Below, one piece after another: positions 26,601 to 37,776 of a stretch of DNA of 64,000 bases. The notes under the pieces were generated by a model, which was not told the DNA's origin, searched no databases, and saw only the letters and a list, made by a program, of their open reading frames with translations. Every line of letters begins with the position of its first letter. Positions within the stretch are counted from its first letter, which is position 1. A program made the position numbers and the translations under genes. Source of the stretch: Lama guanicoe (Eukaryota); the NCBI GenBank assembly GCA_013239625.1, contig MU053304.1, positions 1,612,001 through 1,676,000 of the forward strand, read 5' to 3'.

Positions 26601-28168
26601 GGGAGGGGCAGGAAAAATTTCATGAAACAGAGTAGTTAGAGGAAGATATGTGCCCAAGTTAGATTAGGGAGCAAAGTCTGAAGGACAACAGAATTATTCT
26701 TGGGGAAAACCAATACCAGGAGGACTCCTATGGTTCATTTTCTAAAATAAAAAGGTAAACAAGTATTAACTTGTTGAGGCTAACATTAGAGAATAGTACA
26801 CTTGTACTACCAGACCCTCAAGGAAAAGAAATGCTCAAAAATAATTTTTAAAAACAAGTATGGAAAAGGACGTAAAGTAAAAATGAGAACATTCTAACTT
26901 ACTTGAGGTAGGTGCAAACAAAAAATGAAGTAGGAATAGATAAGAGATTGCTTTCAATCATTCATGCTAGAAGTGAATTTTTAGGATCATACACCTTAAA
27001 GCAAATGGAAAATAGTCAATCCTAAATTTCAGCATGTAAGAAATTTCAATTAAATGCATAAAAATTTCTCTAAAAGTGTTCAATTAAAAATTTAAGTTTG
27101 GCAGGCTATCACGCTTGTAATACTGAAATTACGCTTGTAATATTTATAAATCTTAGCTATAAAAATATATTTGTTTTAAAGATACCTGTGAAGCTATAAA
27201 ATATCTCTATTTTATTTAAGAGCTCATAGAAAAACTGATGAAACACTAAATATGTACGACAAAACAAATATATGCAAAGTTCTAAATTTCATTTTATAGG
27301 AATACCATCTATTAAAGTGCAAGGTGCATGAATATCTCGGTGACAGGTGTAAGCTCAGCGAGGAACCAGAAACGAGTTCCGCGTGGAGGCCCAGTTCAAC
27401 CTGATCATTTCATGGTCACAATAAATCATCCACAAAGCCCACCTTAAATAGCTAAAGTAGTCATAAAAATAGGCCGATGGTTACTTTAGCGATAACATAA
27501 TCCTCGGTCTTATTGTTGTGGAGCAGATGTCATTATGGGTGGGGCTGACGCGCAGAGCAGCTGAAACATTTTTGTACCACCCCCCGCACACTTTCAATGG
27601 GATAGAAGGGGCTCCAAAAAAGGTAAGAGGAAAGCTCTCAGCGATCAATTCCTACTAGAAATAAGGAAGTTTTGATGTGGCCTTGGTACACGTAAAGACC
27701 ACGATAAGATTTTTAAAATCCCCCATGATTAAATCCTACCCTGTAAAAGAGATCTTCCCTTTCTCCCCTCCCCTGCCGGCTCCTCCTTGGGACACTTGGC
27801 TGAGTCTTTCTTTCCCTCCTTCCCACGCTGAGGTGAGGCTGCACGCAAGCCAGGGACGCCTGTTTTTCTTTTCGCGCGGAGGGAACTCTGCGGGTAGGAA
27901 CCCCGGGTGGCAGGAAGGGAGCGGGTGGCGTTGTGAGGAGGCAAAGAAAGCTCGCCGGGTACGAGCCGGGCTGGGGTTGGGAAGGGACCCGCGGGCCGCC
28001 GGGCCCGCAGAGGAGGCCGAGGTGACGAGGGAAATCTCCCGGCTCGGAGCTGGGACCGGGCGCTTCCGGCTGGCCACAGGCGCTCTCGGCCTAGCGCTGC
28101 TCGCGTTCAGAGCTCCTCCGGGGCGGGCAGAGAGTTAGTAGAGAGGGTAAACCGCGGCTCGCACTTGC

Positions 28169-28264
28169 CTGGGACCGGGTGACCAATAACTGGTAATAGT
28201 CTTTGCTCGGCGCCGGGCCTTGTCCTACAATTTCGAACAGAGTCTCCGGCAGCCACGACGCCAT
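28169..28264 (-). CDS. FBXO36: F-box only protein 36, coding exon 1 (partial CDS, 32 codons, phase-0 GC donor)
   Basis: Manual translation MASWLPETLFEIVGQGPAPSKDYYQLLVTRSQ matches the recalled FBXO36 N-terminus; good Kozak context AAGATGG; exon end CAG|GCAAGT; head-to-head with TRIP12 as in human 2q36.3. Confidence 0.93.
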
Positions 28265-28281
28265 CTTTGGACGCCACCGTC

Positions 28282-28295
28282 GTCGCTAAGACAAC
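28282..28295. promoter_or_regulatory. RFX X-box-like motif
   Basis: GTCGCT-AA-GACAAC, an imperfect palindrome resembling GTTGCYNNRGCAAC, 18-31 bp upstream of the FBXO36 ATG. Confidence 0.65.
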
Positions 28296-28769
28296 CAGGA
28301 AGGGGCGGGGCCTGGTTGGGGTCATGGGGCCAAAGCCTTGGTTTAAATCGAACCCTACTTTTGAGCTGGCGGGCTGTTTCTAACTTGGGGTGATTGTCCT
28401 CTCTCCCAAGGGCCACAGGGAACCCTGAGCCGTGAAATTTGCACCTTCAGGTCCCCGGTGACCCGAAGGGGAATTAGTTCCTGCTACTACCGAGGGGAGG
28501 GGGGGTGACCCCGGCGGAGGGATACCAAGCGAACCTTCACATTCTCCTTCCTGGTCCCTCGAAGGGATCGGGAGGAGATAGCAGGCCGCTGGGGAAGTCG
28601 AGCCGGGCGGTGGGAGAGGGAGGGGCGATGTCATGAGCCGCGAGTAGGCAGCGGGGCCTGTCCCGCGGACGAGCCCGTCAGCCGGAGTCGCAGGGCAAAG
28701 TAGTTCCCCGAGGGTGTTGGAACGGGCGGGGAGGGAGGCGGCGCGGGCGGAGGCGCACGCCGGGCGCGG

Positions 28770-28903
28770 TGCTGCGGCTCAGCTGATAATTGTAGGGACC
28801 CGAGGAGCCGCCGCCGCCGCCGCCGCCGGGGGGGGTGGGGGGAGCGAGTGGAAGTTACTGCCGCGCCACCGAGTCCGGACCGGAGACTTTGGGGCCCAAC
28901 TAG
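28770..28903 (+). other. TRIP12: TRIP12 non-coding exon 1 (5' UTR; start approximate)
   Basis: GGAAGTTACTGCCGCGCCACCGAGTCCGGACCGGAGACTTTGGGGCCCAACTAG matches the recalled TRIP12 mRNA leader; donor TAG|GTAATT; synteny with FBXO36. Confidence 0.85.
28807..28827 (+). repeat. (GCC)7 trinucleotide repeat in the TRIP12 5' UTR
   Basis: Seven perfect GCC units followed by G8-T-G6. Confidence 0.95.
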
Positions 28904-31900
28904 GTAATTGGGGCGCAGTTCCTAGCGGTGGGGCCAGGCTACCAGGAAGCCGGGTTGTGTCATCGCCGCGATTCGGCCCCCGCTCGGCCTGTTCCCGGCG
29001 GCGGTGGCGGCGGCGGGGCCGCGGAAGGACCGGGCTGGGGGTTGACGGGTTAGGCGCTCGAGGGAGACCACGGCTGGAGGGACCGGGGCTGGGCGGGAGC
29101 GGGGGGGTCGCTGGGTCCCCCCTCCGGCCCCCCGCAATGAAGAGGGTCCTTCACGGAACTGGGGTGAGGCGTGCGGGTCTTGGGGAGTCCGGCGGGGGTC
29201 GGGGGGGCCGGGGGTGGGCTTGGGAGCTTGGAGGGCGTCTAGGAAGAGAGAAAGTGGGGGGCCGGAAGTGCAGGTGGGGGGTGTGAAGACGGCAAGGGTT
29301 CCCCGGAAATGGGATAGGGGGCCCGGAAACCGGGAGAGGGGAGGTTCCAGGGCCAGAGACGGCCCGGAAATGGAAACTAGGGAGCAGCTCGAGTGACAAC
29401 AGTTGTGGGAAGCGAGGGTCAGAGGAGGGAGAGGCCGGAGTGACTTTAGACCGCAGTAAGGGGTTTCCTGCCCTGGGGGACGGTTGAGGGCGGGCGAGGC
29501 CGGGGACGGGGTCTGCGGTGGGCAGTTGTTTCAGCCGTGGGAAGTTGAGGCTGAGGGAGGATGACGCCGAGAGGGGCATGCAAGGGGGCGTGAAAGAGGC
29601 CGAGAAACTTGGCGGAGAGGAGCAGAGCATCCTTCTAAATAGATCAGCGTGGAAATTTGGGGGGAGGGGGTTAGGACCTGTGGGAGGGAGGTGGGCCAAT
29701 TGTCACTCCAATCGTATTAGCATTCAAAGCGAGTCAGGCGATTAATTTATTTATATGTGGATTACATAAAAGCTATTATAACGTTTGTCCATTCAGTTCA
29801 CCGTCTCTCCATCCTCCCCACAGTGAGTGGGGTTTCTAGTTTTGAAACAAGTTAGAGGGGAGCTGAAGTAATGAAGGATGTGAAATCCCCAATCCTGCCC
29901 TTCTCCGTGTCGCTCCCTTCCTCAGAATAAGAGAAATCCTAAATTTGCTAGAGGAAAAAAGATTTAAAAACACATGCCAGTTGGGGGTGGGGTGGGGGAA
30001 TAACTTAGACTTGTGAACTCCTGCTGGGGGACGGGAGAGAATAGGTTACCCCGTGTGGCGAGGAGAGAACGGAAGGGGCTGCTCCTAACCCTAAAGACAG
30101 ATTTGTTTGTTTTTGATAATGTTTTACTTTGTCTGGGGGAAGTTTAGCTTAAGCTTGGTGTCTGGCGGTGGGGATAGTTTAATTGCTTCGTTAATTGGGG
30201 GAGGGAATGTGTCAGTGTGGGAACGTTCGTGTGTGTGTGTGGTGGGGGGGAGGGGGGCGTTTAATAGCGCAGCGACTGTGTTCCAAGTGGACGTCTAACT
30301 GCTCCCCTGCTGTCTCCCTTCCTAGTCGGTGTTCCCCGATCTTGCCTGGGCTGCCAGATCACCCGATCCCGGGGCTTCCCTCTGCTTTGTAGGCCCTTAA
30401 GTGATGTATTTAACTTTCTCTTCCTCTCCAGTCTCTTTAGATATTTTTGGCGTTTCGTTTCTTAAAGATCCGGAAAGTTGAGGCTCAGAATCTCCTCTCT
30501 CAAAACAAAAATACGAGGTAGAAAGTTGAAAGAGCTATTGAGTGGGGTAAAAAACCGACGCTGGGAACAAAGGTCCTAGTTGTTAGAGAAAAAGGCAGGA
30601 GGCCTATATATGAGGCCTGTGTGCGTCGCATTTGCACCAGGGGGGAGGGAAGCAGTTAGGGTTGAGGAGTGGAATTATCAGAGGTTCAGAGACAGTAAAT
30701 TGCAGAGGGATTTATTGAGGCTTATTTTCATATTTACAACATGCAAAGAAATCAGTATTAAGTGTGAATTTTATAGTAAACACAGTTTCCAAATCTTTTA
30801 CAAACACCCTGCTCTATGTTCAGCCCCAGAAATACTGAATTAGTGTGGCTTTTATATCATCTTTGTGAAATGGTTTGAGGAGTTTTTATTTCATTTATTT
30901 TAAGCTTGAAGAGAGCACATTAACGTGTCTGGGGTTTGTGGGCTTTGTCCACCTCTGCCTTTCTATGAATGTGCCAGTATCCATAAGAATGGTAGAACTG
31001 TAATTAAGATTATCACTGTTTCAATTTGCTTCCTAGTTTTTCTGGAGTTTGAATGGATTTTAAGTCTGCTCAGCTGACATTTATTATTTAGTGTCCATGA
31101 ACAGGCTATTTGTTTTATTTTTCACTTATTTGCTGAAAGTTTTGGGGCACTTCTGGCAGTTAGAGTTCCTGATGGTGCTAAACAAAAAATATTTTTAAGA
31201 TAAATGGATACTAGGCCAGGGTAAAATCAATGCTTTCACCTAGCAAAGTAAATTTGAAGTAATGTTTACTTTTCCATTCTAACTTTTAAGCTTACTGTAT
31301 TTGTTATCTGGGTATGGTTTTATGATCCAGTTTAAAGGACATCATCCTAGCAAAGAAGACACATTCTGGCCTGGGAATTCACAACACTGCCAGTTAGTTA
31401 CCTGTGTGATCTTGAGCTACTCTCTGACTCCTTTTCTGGTCTCCATTTATTTTATCTGTAAAGTCGGATCCCCATTTTACCTACTGGGTGGTTTTGAGAT
31501 CCAGTGGATATAATGGCTGTGAAAAATGACAAACTGGTAAATAAGTGTAAGATATTGTCACTAGTTTCAGAAAAATTATCTGTTTTGAGGTCATTAAACA
31601 AAAGATAACAGCTTTCATTAGTAGTGGTGGTGGGAGGTGTTGATGTAAGGTAGTTGAAGATGGGAAGCTGTAGCACTTTATAATTTGAAATTGAAATTGC
31701 TGCTACATTGGGTAATAGATCTTGGGCCCAATTTTTATGTTCCAGGTTTTTTTTTTTTTTTGCATCCACTTGCTACGTTTTCACCATACATTTTTAATTT
31801 TGTTTGGGGAAACTTCAGACAAATTTCTTTGCATTTTTATTGTGGGTAGAATTAATACCTATTCTGGTTTGTGGCTCTTAGGAAATTGACTTTCTAATAT

Positions 31901-34900
31901 CAGAGACTACAATTAAAGAAAAAACACTTCTGAATCTTGATTTGCTTTCTTTACAGAATCTGGGGGGGGTTGTTTTTAATTCTTTTAAGTGGATGGGTGG
32001 GGATCTTTTTGAGCAAATGTGATACCAATTGTCCTATTACTTATTGTGGTAGGGCCTGTTCGCTGAGGTAGTTTGATGGACTACATTGAAAATGCAACCT
32101 GCTTGTTGATTTTCATCTTCATTCAAGTTTGTGCTGCTGCAAGCCTGACATGCCCTTTTCCCTCATTTGAATCATTTTAGATTTACTTCAGCTCGCCCCT
32201 CAGAGCACTTCCTCAAAAATTTCTACCCCGTGATCTTTTCCTTTTATTTCTGAGTTATCTATATAGACTTCATTTTGGGATTACAGTGCTGGGTTTGTTG
32301 ACATGTGTTGCTTTTGTTTCCCTGACTGGATTATAGGCTTCCTGAGGGCAAGGATTATCTAAATGTCATTGTGTTTTGCATGAAGGTGCACTCATAAACC
32401 TGATAGAAAATAACACCCGTTTCCTTCCTACTCCAGACCAGTAAAGTTAGCTTGGTCTTGCTGACTTTGCAGCCAGTCTTCCTGCTTGGAAAGGTTCTTG
32501 GCCCCAGCAGATTCCCCAGGATGCTGTTTGGTTTATGTGATCACAGTCTCTCTCACATCTTCTGACTGCTGTGCCATCAGTGCCTGGACAGGGTGGAAGA
32601 GTAAGAATTTGGGGATATTATATAATACATACAATTTGTAGAGTGTTATATAATCTTGGTGCTTGTAGTTCTTAACATGTAATATTAGCTTTCCGTTTGT
32701 GTATTCTTTTTTAGTGCCTGGGTGTAGTTCAGACAGCTATATTACAGACTTCCAAAAGGCATAAACCTCTAGCAGTTTGTTCTTTACAGTGTCTACCTGG
32801 TCTGCTAGGTAACTCTGCATACGTGGTGGGTACTTGCTGTTATTTGTGGTAAATAGGTGTGCTGATGCTGAACCAGTCTCTTAATTTTTATTTAAGTAAA
32901 ATTTTAACTTGGCTGATGTCCTGGATTTTTAAAAATGCAGTTCTTTAATTATATCTAGTATCCCAATTTATTGATAGTTTCAGGGTATTTGCAAAAGAAG
33001 TTGTTTCCTAAACTGAAATAAGTCTGCTTGATAGTTTTTCTCTGAGGACTTTTAGATTTTGTTTGTAATTCTTGTAGTTCATGAAGCTGAATTGGCCAGA
33101 AGCAAAAGGAACTTGTCCATTATTCAGACTTACCTGTTTTATTTTGAGTGCGTGTAAGCTGTTGGTAATAGTCAGTTTTGCAGTTAACGCTTGATTTTAG
33201 AAGTCATTCTAGGGGCCTGGAGTAAAAAAGCTGCCTGTTAATCTGTGTTCTTTCATTAGAGAACAGTGTTGTTCAAATGAGTATCTGATCTGAAGGTAGA
33301 AGACTTGGGTTCAGTCCTGGCATCGCCTTTCCTATCTTTGTGACCTTGGGCAGATAATTTAAGCTTTGTGAGCTTCAAGTGCCTAATCTGAAAAATTATG
33401 TTATTGCCACCTAACCTAGAGTTACTTGTCATGTATATGCTAGACACTGGGTTTAGGAGATCAGGCTACGGTGGTGGACTGGAACACAGAGCCCTTCCTC
33501 CACTGGTTCACTGCAGCATTGACACATAGCCTCATTTGTCAACACTGTTTACCTAGAACATACTTTTCTTATATATGTAGGTATCCTACTTGAAAATACT
33601 TGAGTATGCAATAGTATTCCTTAGTCAATTATGAACTCTTTGAAGTCAATCTTTCCTCTTTTTTATCACTAGTATCTAGCACAGCGCCTGGCTCATAGTA
33701 AGGAATCTTTAAATGTTAATTGAAGGAATAAGTCTTGTGAGAATAAAATGATTCCAAAAGTGAAAATATTCTATAATGGTTTAATGTAATATCCTATTTT
33801 ATTTGTTTTGATAAACATTTTGGATCACTGTTAATGCTAAAAATATTTTGGGAGTTTTCTTTTTAGTCTATTGGTATGTATTTTAGAGACTGCAAGTTAC
33901 TTTGAATCAGACATTTACAAAATTTAGGTCAAGTCATTTCATATTCTTTAATTGTCCATTATTTACATGAAATAGTTGATCATTTAACTGCATCATTGAG
34001 GACCTGGGTAAGTTTTGAGACAATGTGCAAATTTGTTAAGTACAAAATTGAGTTTTATATAGCATTTTAGCTTATTCTGTTTCATTTTAGAAAGGATGTA
34101 TTTATTTTATGTATGTAAAATGTTATTACCCATATATGGATTTTTGAAGGCTATTTATAAGCCGAAGTGTCTATCAACAAGCCTTCAAGACCTGAAGTTA
34201 CAGCATTTCAATGTGTATTTTAATCAACTTGTTGGCTGTCATAACCAATGAGTTCCACCCTGACTTCACAACTCCTACTCATTCCACCCGTGGGCAGATT
34301 TCTGAATAAATAGATGTACCTTGTGCTGTTGTCTTAAGGTCAAAGTAACTCGTTTTTAAGTTCTTACACTGGTAAACATGTGTGATGCCCTGGAAACCCG
34401 AAGTAAGTTTGTACAGATAGCCTATCTGAAATTCACTGTTGAGTTGTAATTTAAGCTGCTTTGTGTCCTTAGAGAGCAGGTTCATGGAGATCATTTGGAG
34501 GGCCTACCCTGTCCTGCTTTTTTCTTTTAATTCTTAAAACCTAAGTGCTTATGGTTGCTTTGTAAACAGCAAGTGTGTGAAAATACTATAACTTCTGCTA
34601 TGGCCCTAGTATTTTGTAATCCTGTTTTTCACCCTTGGCTGCAGTCATTTTGAGCTGCTTGTTCTCTGAACACACCCAGGAACTTCAGCATTCTTGCTAA
34701 GGCTCTGGTTGTCCTTCTGCCTGGTCGATAAACCCTCCCTCATCCTGTGTCTCTTGGAGCTCCATTTACACACTTCACTTGCTTCAGTAACTCCTGTAAG
34801 ATTTTCACTCTTCACTCTCTTCTCTCCTACTCCCTTCTACATTTAATGTTTCAGTTATGACCTTCACAGTCTGTCTTATGAGTTGTTTGCATCTTTATGA

Positions 34901-37139
34901 AATCTTTGACTTCTTGGGGTAGAGTTCTCATTCTTCTATCTTTGCAGAGGCTGGCATAAGGCTCCTAACATAACTGTACATGGTAGGTGGCAGTGGTAGA
35001 GTTTGGTGAGAAACTGTATTGCGAAGTAATAGTAAAATATTGACATAGTTTACTGTCAGCTTGCTTATTGTTGTTTTTCAGTGTTTGGTAGCTGGCTGTA
35101 GGCTCCTGGAATATAAGTTTTTCAGAATTAGGCTCATTGAAATCAACTACTTATGGGATTGTCATTAGACTATTTTAGTATCTCGGTTACTCCAGATTTA
35201 GCATTTGGAGATTATGTTTATTAGTAGATGAAAGTTTATTTATCAATACATATTTTTATCAAGTGCTTGCTGTGCACCACAGGACTGTGCTGGGAGGCAT
35301 ACAAAAGGAACTTAAGACGTAGTTCTTGTCCTCTTGAGTTTTGTTGCATTTAATTTAGTTGATAATCACTTCTCAAACTGACTTGATAACTATAGATAAT
35401 ATTTAGTATAGAGAGGTATTCTGCAGATAGTCTAAATGCAGGTTTTCTGCATTTAGAAAACTTCGTATGAGAATCTAAATTAAGAAACAGATGAATTAGG
35501 GCTTGATTTTTGGCTTTACTGAATAAATTGTTGGAAGTGCCTTCATTATACAGATATTTCATCAGCAGCTAATGTGTGTGCATTTTTGGTTCTGTATAAG
35601 GTCTACTCTCTTGGAGTGTGCTGAGGAAAAATTAAAGATTTATAAAATGAGGTCTCTTATCTCAAGATGTACTGATATTGGCAGATGAGTTCAGACTGTG
35701 TCAAAAGAACACAACATATAATGTGCATATTTGTTATTAAGTACAAAGTTGAGTTTTATGCAGTGAATACTCAGAAGTTTAGAAAGATTGAAGTTATAGA
35801 GGAAGACTTTATGGAGAGAGGAGGGGCTTGAGCTGACTGGATAGGTACAGAAGAATGGGGAGCTTACAGCTGTAGTTGTGGTGAGGTAAAGTGGCCCTCT
35901 GGAGTAGAGGGTCCACATTTATGAAAGAACAGGAAATTTGGGCTGAGATTTATTGAGGCTCTTAAGTTGGAGATTAAGAAATTAAATTTAACAAACAGAT
36001 GAGTTGAATTTATCATTGATCCATGAATATGCAGTGACAACATGAAAAAAGTATACAAAAATATTTAATTTCTAAATGGAACTGAAAAGTAAAAGTGCAT
36101 CTAGATACCACTTTTTATGAAATTGCTTCTCTTTCTAGGACTATGTGTAAGGCTTTTTGTGGTAAGTTTTGGGATGATAGTAGCAATGGAGATAAAACTT
36201 ACTTCTTGTTCAATATCCCTACTTAATAGTTAGAAAAGTTTTGTTCCATAAGCAGGAGCTGGTTAAGTGTGTAAATGACTCCTGCTGTTCCTCTGTTCAG
36301 TCACAGAATTCTTCGTTTAGTGGAAGCTGACAATCATTTTGCCTTAACACATTCAACTATTGTTTATTCAGAGATTAAAAAAAATCAGTACTGTTTGAGA
36401 ATTAATACTTTTTTGTGTGAGTTACTCAGTAATTTGTCAGTCTTATTTATAGGGGAAACTTTTGCTTAGTGTTCAATGCACTAAAAATATTTAAAACAAA
36501 AGCAAATTGTGGTTTTAAGTATTTACGTATTTTTTTTAAGTGCAAATTAATATTACGCAGTTTATGTTAAATATTTTAATAAAAATATTTGCCTCTGGTT
36601 GATGTCATAGTAGACTATTTGTTATCCCTTTTACTTTTATGAATTATGTAAAACAGGATTTCAGAAATGGGAAATGAGGTTAGATGGTGGCCAAAAGGAA
36701 AATAAAAAGGATTTATTTTTATTTTTTAATTTTTATTCAGGGGTCTGGTAGCCATAATATTTAGCTTTCTTTAGCAGCTTTTATTTCTAGCATGTTCTTG
36801 TAGATTTTGCTGACTGCAGTTTGAATTAATTTGAGTTTTCCTTATGCGGAAATAGCAGAGATGCTAGCTGTAAGTGCAAGTCTAGGACTTAAAATAATAC
36901 GTTAAGCTAAAAGTCCAAAATGTGTTGGGGTTTGTGGACTTTAAAAACATTTGTGGAGTCTCTGTATTTTACTGCTGCAGCAGGCAATAGTGTCTGTTTT
37001 GCTAGGCAGTCATGCAGCTCCCTATTTTTGCTCTTTATGAAGCATATATTTCCATTTCTTTTTCAGGTTAGTCTCAAGAGGAATTTAGACCCCATCTCTA
37101 CCCCTCCATCTCAGATCCAAACACATTTATGCCCTTCTT

Positions 37140-37152
37140 CCAGTAGGTGGCA
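37140..37152 (+). promoter_or_regulatory. Candidate CTCF motif
   Basis: CCAGTAGGTGGCA fits CCASYAGRKGGCR. Confidence 0.5.
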
Positions 37153-37597
37153 ACAATTAGGCTCATTTTTGAGAGAATTCAGTAGTTGTTAACTTTGTGA
37201 TCAGACCTGTCTGCTAATTCTCTCAACTGTCATTAGAAATTTTAGTGTTGATTTTCACATTTTGGTTTCAAAATACTTTTGTCAGAACACTAGACTGTTA
37301 ATTGCAGAGTTCATCTCCTTTTTTACTCTACTCTTCATCCTGCCTTTTGACAAGTTTTGCCTTCCAGTTGCTGCTATGAGGTAAGAGTTGGGGAATTTCA
37401 GCCTTTGGTGTGGCTCTGTAAGATAATCTGCTTCTGCCTCTTCTAACCATCTAGTGTTACTTTTCAGCTGCCTGGATATTAGGCCATGCCATTTTTTCCC
37501 AGGTATCTTCTTATTACACAAACTCATTGCTCCTGAGAGGAATTACTGGAGAGATAACAGACCATCATTTGGGATCTTCATTGCAGCACCTGTTTTA

Positions 37598-37776
37598 AGA
37601 TCTCTTTCTTTTTTTTTTTTTTGTTTTGTTATTGTTGGTGTTTTATTTGGGGGGTGGGGTGGGTAATTAGGTTTATTTATTTATCTATTTATTTTTAGAG
37701 GCAGTCCTAGGGACTGAACCCAGGACCCTGTGCGTGCTAGGCATGCACTCTACCAATTGAGCTATACTCTCCCCCC
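37598..37776 (-). mobile_element. tRNA-Ala-derived camelid-type SINE
   Basis: Reverse complement of the SINE head with T-rich tail; 16-bp TSD TGCAGCACCTGTTTTA at 37582-37597 and 37777-37792. Confidence 0.92.

Larger units (their letters stand above)
1..28168 (-). other. FBXO36: FBXO36 intron 1 (partial, runs off the left edge)
   Basis: Begins GCAAGT at 28168; I found no sequence encoding the expected next residues (VIFRWWKISLR..) by eye. Confidence 0.75.
27770..29620. promoter_or_regulatory. CpG island, bidirectional FBXO36/TRIP12 promoter
   Basis: Abrupt high-GC, CpG-dense segment in AT-rich flanks containing divergent first exons; GC box GGGGCGGGGC 28302-28311; ETS motifs CGCTTCCGGC 28061-28070 and GCCGGAAGTG 29261-29270. 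Confidence 0.93.

Noticed and set aside
27111..27142. ACGCTTGTAATA repeated at 20-bp spacing
   Set aside because: Only two short copies; a trivial slippage duplication with no array structure.
27677..29745. Long ORFs in the CpG island (153, 190, 182 aa and others)
   Set aside because: Low-complexity G/R/A/P-rich frames expected where stop codons are scarce; they cross the real splice donors and resemble no known protein.
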